Below are positions 34,090 to 43,000 of a stretch of DNA of 64,000 bases, in pieces (positions within the stretch are counted from its first letter, which is position 1; every line of letters begins with the position of its first letter). Location: positions 52,079 to 116,078 of the forward strand of contig CALBEF010000013.1 of NCBI GenBank assembly GCA_937927775.1, read 5' to 3'. A program made the position numbers and the translations under genes. The notes beneath the pieces are model-generated. The model saw nothing but the letters and a program-made list of their open reading frames with translations, was not told the origin of the DNA and searched no databases. The stretch comes from an uncultured Anaerolineae bacterium (GTDB lineage: Bacteria; Chloroflexota; Anaerolineae; J036; Brachytrichaceae).

Positions 34090-35405
34090 AGCGCCGCCAG
34101 GTCGTTGAAGAATCCGGGATATGTCTTGCTAACACACTCGGCGCCGGTGATGACCGTTTCGCCGTCGGCCACCAGCGCGGCCACGGCCAGCGCCATCGCC
34201 ATGCGATGATCGCCCCGGCCATCCACGACTGCGCCGCGCAGGCGGGTCGGCCCCTCCACGATGAATCCGTCGGGCGTGGCTTCGATGCGCGCGCCCATCT
34301 TGCGCAGCTCTTCCACCAGTCCGTCGATGCGATTGCTCTCCTTCACGCGCAACTCTTCCGCGTCGCGCACTACGGTCGTTCCCTGCGCCTGGGTGGCGGC
34401 CACAGCGAAGACGGGGAACTCGTCGATCATGCGCGCCACCTGTTCGCCGCCGACGGTGACGCCGCGCAGCGCGGCGGATGAAATGGTCAGGTTGCCGGCC
34501 GGCTCATTGCCCGCGTCCGGCGCGCGCGCTTCGGTTTCAATCTGCGCGCCCATGTCCCGCAGGGCGTCAAGCAGGCCGGTGCGCGTGGGGTTCAGGCCGA
34601 CATCGGTCAGCCGCAGCCGGGCCTGGGGATGCGCGCAGCCGGCGACGAGAAAGAACGCCGCCGAGGAAAAGTCCGCCGGCACACGCAGGTCAACCGGCTG
34701 AAGAGCGCGCGACGGGGGCGTGACATGATTGACGATTGACGATTGGCGGTTAAGGGGGGACTGGCTGCTCGCGTCCGTTGTGTGCCGCGCAATCGGGACG
34801 CCCATGGCAGCCATCAACCGCTCGGTGTGGTCGCGGGTGACGACCGGCTCCTCAATGCGCGTGTCGCCTTCGGCGTACAGCGCGGCCAGCAGCAGCGCCG
34901 ACTTGATCTGCGCGCTGGCGATCGGCAGGGTGTAGGCGATGCCGCGCAGCGCGGCGGGTTCGATGCGCAACGGAGCGCAGCCGGCGGTGTCGGTGATGCG
35001 CGCGCCCATCCGTGCCAGCGGCTCGGTGACGCGGCGCATGGGCCGCCGGCGCAGTTGCGCGCTGCCATCCAGGATGCTGCCGAACGATTGACCGGCCAAC
35101 AAGCCGGCCAGCAGGCGCATCGTCGTGCCCGATGAATCACAGTACAGGGTGTCGCGCGCCGGTGTCAATCCGCGCAGCCCGCGCCCATGCAGCGTGAGCG
35201 TTTGTTCGCGCTGCTCGATGACGATACCCAGTTGGCGCATGATATTGATCGCCGCGCGCGTGTCGTCGCTGTCCAGATATTCCTCGACGCGGCATACGCC
35301 ATCGGCAAGACTGCCCAGCAACACGCCGCGCACGGTCATGCTGCGGTCGCTCGGCGCGCGCAGGCTGCCGGCGAGTTGGCGGGGCGGATGGATGGATTGG
35401 TCCAT
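34068..35405 (-). CDS. aroA: 3-phosphoshikimate 1-carboxyvinyltransferase (EPSP synthase)
   Basis: LRAPSDRSMTVRGVLLGSLA...LYCDSSGTTMRLLAGLLA...RVKESNRI...DHRMAMALAVAAL. Contains an in-frame heptamer-repeat insertion (NRQSSIVN). Confidence 0.95.
   Translation of the reverse strand: MDQSIHPPRQLAGSLRAPSDRSMTVRGVLLGSLADGVCRVEEYLDSDDTRAAINIMRQLGIVIEQREQTLTLHGRGLRGLTPARDTLYCDSSGTTMRLLAGLLAGQSFGSILDGSAQLRRRPMRRVTEPLARMGARITDTAGCAPLRIEPAALRGIAYTLPIASAQIKSALLLAALYAEGDTRIEEPVVTRDHTERLMAAMGVPIARHTTDASSQSPLNRQSSIVNHVTPPSRALQPVDLRVPADFSSAAFFLVAGCAHPQARLRLTDVGLNPTRTGLLDALRDMGAQIETEARAPDAGNEPAGNLTISSAALRGVTVGGEQVARMIDEFPVFAVAATQAQGTTVVRDAEELRVKESNRIDGLVEELRKMGARIEATPDGFIVEGPTRLRGAVVDGRGDHRMAMALAVAALVADGETVITGAECVSKTYPGFFNDLAALCPEAVA
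34725..34749. repeat. ATTGACG-family array inside aroA
   Basis: ATGATTGACGATTGACGATTGGCGG, translated on the minus strand as NRQSSIVNH. Confidence 0.8.
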
Positions 35406-35408
35406 TTT

Positions 35409-35487
35409 GTGATTGTGTGATTGAGCGATTGACGATTGTATGATTTGGTGATTGGCTCAATGACCCAATGACTCAATCGCCCAATCC
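35409..35487. repeat. Mixed GATTG-type heptamer and 8-mer arrays (aroA-tyrA spacer)
   Basis: GTGATTGTGTGATTGAGCGATTGACGATTGTATGATTTGGTGATTGGCTCAATGACCCAATGACTCAATCGCCCAATCC. Confidence 0.8.
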
Positions 35488-35490
35488 CTT

Positions 35491-36423
35491 TCAGAAGTGC
35501 GCTTTGCGGGTTTGGGCAGCCGCAGTCAGATAGGCGCGCAGACCGGCTTCGTCCCTGCGCTCGATCAGGGCCGTGAGCTGGTCGAGCGAGAACTGAAAGT
35601 CGCGGATCGCGCCGGTGACGGCGTCTGCGTTGGTCAACAGGATATCGATCATCATGCCCACATCGCTGGCGGCCACCCGGCTGGTGTCGCGGAAGCCGCT
35701 GGCGGTCACCCGCCACAGCGCGGGGTCGTTCAGGCCGGCCTGTTCCGCCGCCGTGACCAGCGCAACCGCGAGCGCGTAGGGCAGATGGCTGGCACAGGCC
35801 ACCAGCATGTCATGCCGGGCAGGGTCAAGCTCAAGGGTAATGGCCCCGGCGTTCTCTGCCAGCGTCCTGACAGCCGCGAGCGCGTCGTCGTCGGTGCGCG
35901 CCGTGCGCGTGAGAATCCAGGTCTTGCCGCGATACAACGCGGCGTCGGCAGCGTCGAGGCCGGGCACCTCTTTGCCGCACATGGGGTGCGACCCGACGGC
36001 CCGCAGGTGATCGGGCAACTGATTCATGGCGCGGATGATCTCGGACTTGGTGCTGCCCAGGTCAGTGATGACGGCGCCGGCCTTGGCCGCGCCGGCCAGA
36101 TTGCCGATCTGCGCGATGATCGTGCGCACCGGCGTGGCAAGAACGACAATGTCCGCCTCGCTTACGCCTTCCGCCAACTCGGTTGTGCCGGCGTCGATGA
36201 TGCCCCGCCCCAGCGCCTCGCGGAGGGTCTCGGCGCGCCGGGCCACGCCGGTGATGCGGGCGTAGCGACCGCGCACGGCCAGCGCAAGCGACGCTCCCAT
36301 CAGGCCCAGCCCGACGATACAAATAGAGGAGTGGCGATTGACGATTGACGGTTGGCGATTGACGATTGACGATTGGCTCACACGCTGATTGTACGGGACG
36401 CTGCTTTCACACGCTGCGGTCAA
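35491..36423 (-). CDS. tyrA: Prephenate dehydrogenase
   Basis: [17 protein letters not shown] (Rossmann), ...GSHPMCG... The true start is uncertain (ATG 36423 or GTG 36381). Either way the N-terminus is encoded by the ATTGACG-family array ([15 protein letters not shown]). Confidence 0.85.
   Translation of the reverse strand: MTAACESSVPYNQRVSQSSIVNRQPSIVNRHSSICIVGLGLMGASLALAVRGRYARITGVARRAETLREALGRGIIDAGTTELAEGVSEADIVVLATPVRTIIAQIGNLAGAAKAGAVITDLGSTKSEIIRAMNQLPDHLRAVGSHPMCGKEVPGLDAADAALYRGKTWILTRTARTDDDALAAVRTLAENAGAITLELDPARHDMLVACASHLPYALAVALVTAAEQAGLNDPALWRVTASGFRDTSRVAASDVGMMIDILLTNADAVTGAIRDFQFSLDQLTALIERRDEAGLRAYLTAAAQTRKAHF
36333..36376. repeat. ATTGACG-family array at the tyrA 5' end
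   Basis: GGCGATTGACGATTGACGGTTGGCGATTGACGATTGACGATTGG, minus-strand sense [15 protein letters not shown]. Confidence 0.85.
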
Positions 36424-37438
36424 CGGCTTCGGCCACCCGGCGCACCTGCGCCACCAGGTCGGCGTAGCGGGCCGGCGTCAGCGACTGGGCGCCGTCGGAC
36501 AACGCCTGCTCCGGGTGTGGATGCACTTCGACGATCAGGCCGTCGGCGCCGGCGGCAATGGCGGCTTTGGAGACGGCGGTCACGTACTCCCATTTGCCCG
36601 TGCCGTGGCTGGGATCGACGATCACCGGCAGGTGGCTGAGCTGCTTCAGCACCGGCACGGCGTTGATGTCGAGCGTGTTGCGTGTGTAGGTCTCGAAGGT
36701 GCGGATGCCCCGCTCGCACAGCATGACGTTGTAGTTGCCCTGCGACATGATGTACTCGGCGGCCATCAGCAGCTCCTCAAGCGTGCTCGACATGCCGCGC
36801 TTGAGCAGCACCGGCTTCATGCTCGCGCCAACAGCCGTCAGCAGCGGGTAGTTCTGCATGTTGCGCGCGCCGATTTGAAGGATGTCGGCGTAACCGGCCA
36901 CAAGGTTCACCTGCTCCGTCGCCATCACTTCCGTCACAATTGCAAGGCCGTATTCGGCGCGCGCCTCGGCCAGCCACTTCAGCGCGTCTTCGCCGTAGCC
37001 CTGAAAGGAGTAGGGCGAGGTGCGCGGCTTGTAAGCGCCGCCGCGCAGGATGCTGGCGCCGGCTTCCTTCACCATGCGCGCGCTCTCCATGATCTGCTCG
37101 CGGCTCTCGGCGGAACACGGCCCGGCCATCAGCGCGATCGCCGCCGGCGGCCCGCCGATCGGCACCGTGTGCCCGTTGACGCGGATGGGAATGATCGTGT
37201 CGTCCTTTTTGAAATCACGGCTGGCCAGTTTGAAGGGGCGCAGGATGGGCACCACGCGCTCCACGCCGCTGAGCAGCTCAAACACATCGCGGTTTACCGG
37301 CCGGTCATTTCCCACCACGCCGATGATGGTGCGCTCCTCGCCCTGAGACAGGTGCGCTTTCAGGCCGATCTCTTCGATTCGTTTTACGACTGCCCCGACT
37401 TCGGCTGTCGAGGCGTTGGATTTCATGATGATGACCAT
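36407..37438 (-). CDS. aroF: 3-deoxy-7-phosphoheptulonate (DAHP) synthase, type I-beta with N-terminal ferredoxin-like regulatory domain (paralog A)
   Basis: [44 protein letters not shown] (FL domain), then ...[11 protein letters not shown]...[17 protein letters not shown]...VDPSH. Confidence 0.9.
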   Translation of the reverse strand: MVIIMKSNASTAEVGAVVKRIEEIGLKAHLSQGEERTIIGVVGNDRPVNRDVFELLSGVERVVPILRPFKLASRDFKKDDTIIPIRVNGHTVPIGGPPAAIALMAGPCSAESREQIMESARMVKEAGASILRGGAYKPRTSPYSFQGYGEDALKWLAEARAEYGLAIVTEVMATEQVNLVAGYADILQIGARNMQNYPLLTAVGASMKPVLLKRGMSSTLEELLMAAEYIMSQGNYNVMLCERGIRTFETYTRNTLDINAVPVLKQLSHLPVIVDPSHGTGKWEYVTAVSKAAIAAGADGLIVEVHPHPEQALSDGAQSLTPARYADLVAQVRRVAEAVDRSV

Positions 37439-37440
37439 AG

Positions 37441-37520
37441 GATTTGGTGATTTGTCCATCTGGCCATTGAGTCATTGCCCAATCGCCAAATGGCTCAATG
37501 ACACGATGGCTAAATGGTTC
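37441..37520. repeat. 8-mer-family arrays in inverted arrangement (spacer between the two DAHP synthase genes)
   Basis: ...GGCCATTGAGTCATTGCCCAATCGCCAAATGGCTCAATGACACGATGGCTAAATGG... Confidence 0.7.
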
Positions 37521-38538
37521 GGTCCATCGCCTCGGCAATGCGCCGCGACTGCCGCACCAGATCGGCAAACGCTTCGGGCGTGAGCGACTGCGCGCCGTCG
37601 GACATGGCCTGGGTTGGGTCGGGGTGCACTTCGACGATCAGGCCATCGGCGCCGGCGGCAATGGCGGCCCGGCTGGCGGCGATGACGTACTCGGACTTGC
37701 CGGTGGCATGGCTGGGATCGACCACAACCGGGAGGTGACTGAGCTTCTTGAGCACCGGCACGGCGTTGATGTCGAGCGTGTTGCGGGTGTAGGTCTCGAA
37801 GGTGCGGATGCCGCGCTCGCACAGCATGACGTTGTAGTTCCCGCGCGACATGATGTACTCGGCGGCCATCAGCAACTCTTCGATGGTGTTGGCCATGCCG
37901 CGCTTGAGCAGCACCGGCTTCATGCTGGCGCCGGCGGCGTTGAGCAGCGCAAAGTTCTGCATGTTGCGCGCGCCGATCTGAAGCACGTTGGCGTATTGCG
38001 CCACCAGCGGCACCTGTTCGGGCGACATCACTTCGGTCACAACGGCCAGGCCGGTCTGCTCGCGCGCCTCGGCCATCCATTGCAGCGCCTTTTCGCCGTA
38101 GCCCTGGAATGAATACGGCGAGGTGCGCGGCTTGTACGCGCCACCACGCAGCCCTTTGGCGCCGGCCTCCTTCACCGCGTGCGCCGCCTCCAGCACCTGC
38201 TCGCGGCTTTCGGCGGAACACGGGCCGGCGATGATGATGATTTCACCGTTGCCCATTTTGACGCCATGCCCGTTCATGCCAATCAGCGTGACAGCCGTGT
38301 TTTCCTTCTTGAAGTCGCGGCTGGCGAGTTTGAACGGCTTGAGAATAGGCAGCGTCGCCTCGACGCCCGGCGATGTCTCGAAGATGGTGCGATCCACCGG
38401 CCGGTCGTTGCCGACCACGCCGATGACCACCCGCTCTTCGCCGTAGATTGGATGGGCCTGAAAACCCAGCGACTCGATGCGGGCCATGATGGCGCCGACT
38501 TCTTTGGCAGTTGCGCCTGCCTTCATGATGATGACCAT
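37510..38538 (-). CDS. aroF: DAHP synthase, type I-beta with ferredoxin-like domain (paralog B)
   Basis: [44 protein letters not shown]...[11 protein letters not shown]...VDPSH. AGGAG Shine-Dalgarno 6 nt upstream. Tandem paralog of 36407..37438. Confidence 0.9.
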   Translation of the reverse strand: MVIIMKAGATAKEVGAIMARIESLGFQAHPIYGEERVVIGVVGNDRPVDRTIFETSPGVEATLPILKPFKLASRDFKKENTAVTLIGMNGHGVKMGNGEIIIIAGPCSAESREQVLEAAHAVKEAGAKGLRGGAYKPRTSPYSFQGYGEKALQWMAEAREQTGLAVVTEVMSPEQVPLVAQYANVLQIGARNMQNFALLNAAGASMKPVLLKRGMANTIEELLMAAEYIMSRGNYNVMLCERGIRTFETYTRNTLDINAVPVLKKLSHLPVVVDPSHATGKSEYVIAASRAAIAAGADGLIVEVHPDPTQAMSDGAQSLTPEAFADLVRQSRRIAEAMDRTI

Positions 38539-38550
38539 CTCACACTCCTG

Positions 38551-38605
38551 GATTGAGTCATTGGGCGATTGAGCCATTGAGTCATTGAGTCATTGACCAA
38601 ATGGC
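38551..38605. repeat. 8-mer array, GTCATTGA family (aroH / DAHP synthase spacer)
   Basis: GATTGAGTCATTGGGCGATTGAGCCATTGAGTCATTGAGTCATTGACCAAATGGC. Confidence 0.85.
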
Positions 38606-38633
38606 AAAATCACACAATGGCGCAATTCGTCAA

Positions 38634-39002
38634 TCAGCCTTCCTGAATGCGGTCGGGGCGCAGTTTTTCCGCGCCCCGAATATAGACATGCTTTATCTGG
38701 TTAGCTGGCTTGTCTGTGTTCCAGTGGATCAGGATGCGCACGCAGCGCGCCAGGCCGTGCGGCACATCCATTTCGTGCATACACATGAGCGCGGCGTCTG
38801 TCCAGCCAAGCTGGCGCGCGGCGATGGCAGGGTACTCCGCGTTCAAGTCGCGCGTTGTGCTGAAGAAGGCGCTGGCGACATCTTCGGCGCAAATGCCGTT
38901 TGCCTCGACCAGTTTCTCCAGCAACTCGCGGGTTGCCTCAATGATCGCTGTCTTTGTGTTCCCGGTCGCTACTGTCGCGCCGCGCACGCCGCGTAATTCC
39001 AT
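38634..39002 (-). CDS. aroH: Chorismate mutase, AroH class
   Basis: [36 protein letters not shown]...[14 protein letters not shown]...[10 protein letters not shown] is the AroH signature. GGAGG Shine-Dalgarno upstream of ATG 39002. Confidence 0.9.
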   Translation of the reverse strand: MELRGVRGATVATGNTKTAIIEATRELLEKLVEANGICAEDVASAFFSTTRDLNAEYPAIAARQLGWTDAALMCMHEMDVPHGLARCVRILIHWNTDKPANQIKHVYIRGAEKLRPDRIQEG

Positions 39003-39061
39003 ATGCCGATAGTCCTCCTATGCGGTGAATCGCTCATCCACTCGGTCTTCTGCCATCACAA

Positions 39062-39099
39062 CAACAAAAAGAGCGCGGGGCTTACTGCTCCGCGCTCTC
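39062..39099 (-). terminator. Intrinsic terminator / attenuator hairpin in the aro operon leader
   Basis: Minus strand reads GAGAGCGCGG-AGCAGTAAGCC-CCGCGCTCT followed by TTTTGTTGT. It lies between the leader mini-ORF stop (39122) and the aroH Shine-Dalgarno. Confidence 0.65.
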
Positions 39100-39121
39100 G
39101 ATTCCCTGAAATCCGTCTACT

Positions 39122-39229
39122 TCAACTGGTCATTCCCTTCGTAGACCCGCGTGGGAGTAAGCTGCTTTTGCCATCGGCAAAGTAGCCATAAAACCAGAAG
39201 TAGCTAAACGAGAAAGCTCCGCGAGTCAT
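39122..39229 (-). CDS. Candidate aromatic-rich leader peptide (35 aa) of the aro operon
   Basis: Minus strand ATG ACT CGC GGA GCT TTC TCG TTT AGC TAC TTC TGG TTT TAT GGC TAC TTT ... TGA = MTRGAFSFSYFWFYGYFADGKSSLLPRGSTKGMTS. This is the 3' part of track ORF 39122..39322. 9 of 12 consecutive codons are F, Y or W. Confidence 0.55.
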   Translation of the reverse strand: MTRGAFSFSYFWFYGYFADGKSSLLPRGSTKGMTS

Positions 39230-39244
39230 TGCTGAGTTGGCGCG

Positions 39245-39273
39245 ATGGTAATTCATGCCGGGTGGCCTGTCAA
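39245..39273 (-). promoter_or_regulatory. Candidate promoter of the aro operon leader
   Basis: Minus strand TTGACA (39273..39268), 17 nt, TACCAT (39250..39245). It is preceded by the A-rich tandem AAACTGGAAAACTGGAAAAA (UP-element-like, 39300..39281). The predicted TSS is ~9 nt before the leader ATG. Confidence 0.45.
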
Positions 39274-39320
39274 GAGGCATTTTTCCAGTTTTCCAGTTTG
39301 GGCGTTTTACAATCCCGGCC

Positions 39321-39956
39321 ATGCCGCGCTACATCGCCCTGTTCAAGCCTTATGGTGTGCTGTCGTCGTTCACCCACGAGTCACGCGAGTTTTCTGGATC
39401 GCCTGACCACGCTGCAAAGCGCACGCTCAGCGAATTCGGCCTGCCCCCCGGCGTCTACGCAGCCGGCCGGCTGGATTACGACAGTGAAGGTCTGCTTATC
39501 CTGAGCGATGACGGCAGCTTCATCCACCGCTTGACCGATCCACGCCACAAGCTGCCCAAAACTTATTGGGCGCAGGTCGAAGGCGAGCCGACTGAATCCC
39601 AACTGAGCCAGTTGCGGCGTGGTGTGATCGTGCGCGGCTATCGCACGCGGCCCTGTCAGGCGCGTGTTCTGGCAGCCGGCATCCTGCCAGGCGAGTCGAA
39701 CGGGCCGTTTCCTCGGTTGCGGCTGGCCGGTAAGCCCGTCGAACTGCCCCCACGCGACAAGCCGGTGACGCCGCATGGCCCCACCGCCTGGATCGAGCTG
39801 ATCCTGACCGAGGGCAGGAAACGCCAGGTTCGCCACATGACGGCCAGCGTCGATTTGCCCACCTTGCGCCTGGTTCGCGTGGCGATTGGCCGGCTGACCA
39901 TCGCAGGCTTGTTGCCCGGCCAGTGGCGCACTGTCGCGCCGCAGGATATTCTGTAG
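39321..39956 (+). CDS. Pseudouridine synthase (RsuA/RluE family)
   Basis: MPRYIALFKPYGVLSSFT...AGRLDYDSEGLLILSDDG...KTYWAQV...GRKRQVR are RsuA/RluB/E-family motifs. Confidence 0.85.
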   Translation: MPRYIALFKPYGVLSSFTHESREFSGSPDHAAKRTLSEFGLPPGVYAAGRLDYDSEGLLILSDDGSFIHRLTDPRHKLPKTYWAQVEGEPTESQLSQLRRGVIVRGYRTRPCQARVLAAGILPGESNGPFPRLRLAGKPVELPPRDKPVTPHGPTAWIELILTEGRKRQVRHMTASVDLPTLRLVRVAIGRLTIAGLLPGQWRTVAPQDIL

Positions 39957-39977
39957 GGCAAGCCGCCGGGCTTGCCC
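39956..39977. terminator. Hairpin between convergent pseudouridine synthase and S8 protease genes
   Basis: GGGCAAGCC-GCCG-GGCTTGCCC, a 9-bp perfect stem starting at the stop codon of the + gene. No U-tract. Confidence 0.45.
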
Positions 39978-40008
39978 TACTACAAACAAGCCGCCGGCCC
40001 TGCCGAGT

Positions 40009-43000
40009 TCAGCGCAGAATCACGGGCAGGAAGCGCGTTTGCGCGCCGGGCGAGACCCACAGCGCGCTCTGGCTGAGCGTGCCTGTGCCGTCGTCAATGA
40101 GCACAGCATGATAGAAGTCACGCTGAGTCAGATGCAGCCCCGGCACGCTCACGGCATACGTCAGGCTGATGGACGCCCCGGCGGACAGCGTTCCCGTCCA
40201 ACTGACACGGTTGCGGTCTAAAGCGACATTGCCCGTTTGTGGCCCTCGCACGGTGTGCGTGAGCAGCATCAGGCCAGGCGGAATCACAGCGGTCAGCAAG
40301 GCTGTCGGCGCGAGCAGGCTGCCGGCGTTGGTCATGCGCGCCGTGAAGGTGATGAGACTGCGCCAGCTTGGCGCAGCCGGCTGCATCTCCAGCGACGAGA
40401 TCAGGCGCGGCGCCGCTGCGCGCAGCGCCGCGTGGCGGGTGAAGCGAATGTCCGGCTGTTGGGTGGCAATGTGCAGCGTGGCAGTCAGGGGCGCGCCGGC
40501 GGGCAACCCGGCGCTGGTGGTCGCCACAAAGGTCCAGCTCAGCGTTAAGCCGGCCTGCAATGCCCCGCTCCACGCGCCGGCGGAGTGAATTGTCCAACCC
40601 GGCAGGGTGGACGAGATCACAAACAAATCGGTGGATACCGGCGCTGAAAGCGCAACTGTGGGTGTGATCGCCAGCGGTGACGAGATGATCTCGTCGGCGC
40701 GCAACGTGATCGTGAAGGTGACGCTGTCGCCGGCAGCGATGCGCTCCTGATGCGGCGCAATCTGCGAACGCCCCAGCCAGGACAACCAGCCGGCAATACG
40801 ATTCATCAGGTCGGCGCGCACGGTGGCCGTGAGCGCCTCGAAGGCAAACGGCAGCAGGGTTGTGCGCCATGCCGCGCCAGAAATGTTGCGTGGCCGCTCG
40901 CGCGCCAGGCCGGCCGGCTGGCCGCTGTCCCCGCGCAGAATGACCTGCGTGCCGCTCAGCGGTTGCACCGCCGTGCTCAGATTCCACGCATACGGGAACT
41001 GCCCAAACGAATCGAGCAGGCTGCCGCCGGGGAAGTCGTCTCCCAGCGCACTCGGCGCGCCGATCACATTCGAGAAAACATCGTCGTAGTCAATCGCGGC
41101 AACGCCCAGATAGTTCTGGGTGAACGCGCTCAGCTCGGTGTAGAACAGCGCCGCCTGCGAGGAGAACAACAAGCGCCCGCCACCCTCCAGGTACTGGCGC
41201 AGGGTGTCTTCTTCGGCGGGCTGGATGGGATCGAACCAGTCATAGCCGTTGAACCACACCACCAGCGGATACATGCGCAGCGCCGTGATGGGCGGCGAGT
41301 TGGCAACGCCGAAGCCCCAGCGCGTATCCCAGCGATCCGCGAAATTGCCCTGCGCCGCCAGCGCGTCCAGGTAGTCCTGTTCGCGGTTGTAGAAGCGGTC
41401 GTCGTCCACCAGCAGGATGCCGGCCGGCGTCTTGCTGGTGAAACTGATGGCTGATTGAATGGCCGGCGAGCTGACCAGCGACGCGCTGATCGTCACTGTG
41501 TCGCTCACGTTCCATAGCGCGGTGATCGGAAGGGTGACGCTGATCTCGACCAGCGCCGACGCGCATGGCGCGAGGGTGACTGTGGCGCTGGCGACGCTGG
41601 TGGGCCAGGTGTGGCCGCTCAGGCTGAGCGCAAAGGTTTGTGTGACGCCCGCCTCGCCGGTGTTGCGAATGCGCGCCAGATGCGTGACCACTTGCCCCGG
41701 CAGGCCGATGGCCGGGCCGGTGAAGTGCGTGTCGCGCGACAGCAGTTCCACGCCCATCGTGGGGCGCGGCGCGTCAAAAGCGTCGCGCACTCGCCGCAGC
41801 ACATCGGCGCGTTCAGCGGCGGAATCAATCGCCTCGAAACCGAAGGCGAAAAGCGCCGATTTGTAATTCAGACATTGCGCGGCATACACGCCGGCCGCCT
41901 CGTAGTCTCGATAGACAAAGCCATACTGGCCCAGCGCGTGTCCGCGATCCGGGTTAACAACTTGAACCGCATCGACCAGGTACTGGTTGTTCGCCCCGTC
42001 CCCGCCGGCGATGGTCAAGACCTTGCCGGTCAACAGCGAGCCGTGCGCGCCGGTCACGACGCGCGAAGGGATGTCATCCGCCGCGTAGTAAGCGTTGAGC
42101 CTGGAGAAGTATGGCTCGAAGAGGAATCCGCCGCCATCGTAGAACGCGATGTCCTGACCGCTCAGCATCAGATTGCGCCCGGCGGCCAGATAGCGCGAGA
42201 TGACATCGCCGGCGCCGATGTAGCCAGGCGAGTCGAAGGGGGCCGACCAGATCACTGTGTCGTAGCGCAGCAGTTGGGTAATGGTGGGCGTGTCCGCCGG
42301 CAGGCGTTTGACGCGCAACTCGTCGTAAGGCAGCGACAGATCATCGAGCGCGGCGCGGTATTGCGCGGCGGCGCTGCCGTAGTACCACGCGCCGCTGTCC
42401 ACAAATGCAATGCGCCGGGTGGGCGTCAGCGCGAAGTTCAGCTCGCTGATGCTGCCATCGGTCACGGCGACTGTCCGAGTCTGGACAATATAGCCGAGCA
42501 AACGCGCTTCGATTGTGTATACGCCGGCCGGCAAATTGAGCGCGTAGTAGCGCGCCGGAAAGCCGCCGTTCGCCAGCGAGGATTCGGGCGTGCCCAGCGC
42601 GCGCACCACGGTTTGCGTCAGGTAGATGCTGCTCTGCACATCCGTCGCCACGCCGCGCACGATGCCCGAAGGCAGCGCGGTCAGATTGAAGTTAACCACG
42701 GTCGCGCTGTTCGTGATGACAATGCGCGGCGATGAGGTGGCCGGCTGATAGCCAAAGGCGCCGGCGGTGACGGTGTAGATGCCGAACGGCGCGGGAATCG
42801 TGTAGCCGCCATCCGCGCCGGTGACGGCGTGGAGTTGTTGCGGGCCGGATTGCGCGACGATCTGCGCGCCGCTGATCGGCTGCGCGCCGTCCAGCACGCG
42901 CCCGGTAATCACGCCGGTGCTGATAACCGAGAGCACAGCGTTCCAGGCGTCAACCCGCCCCCAGCCGCTTTCATTGTTGGGCAGCGTCGTTGAGAGCGGC

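Noticed and set aside
39003-39260. T-box or other riboswitch in the aro operon leader
   Set aside because: I looked on the minus strand for the T-box consensus (..GGGUGGUACCGCG..) and for stem I specifier features and did not find them. The aromatic-codon mini-ORF plus terminator explains the leader better. A formal Rfam scan is still advisable.
39122-39322. Full 66-aa track ORF (MAGIVKRPNWKTGK...) as the real product
   Set aside because: Its first 31 codons overlap the predicted promoter (-35/-10 at 39273..39245) and the start of the divergent pseudouridine synthase gene. Only the distal 35 codons from ATG 39229 fit a leader-peptide model.
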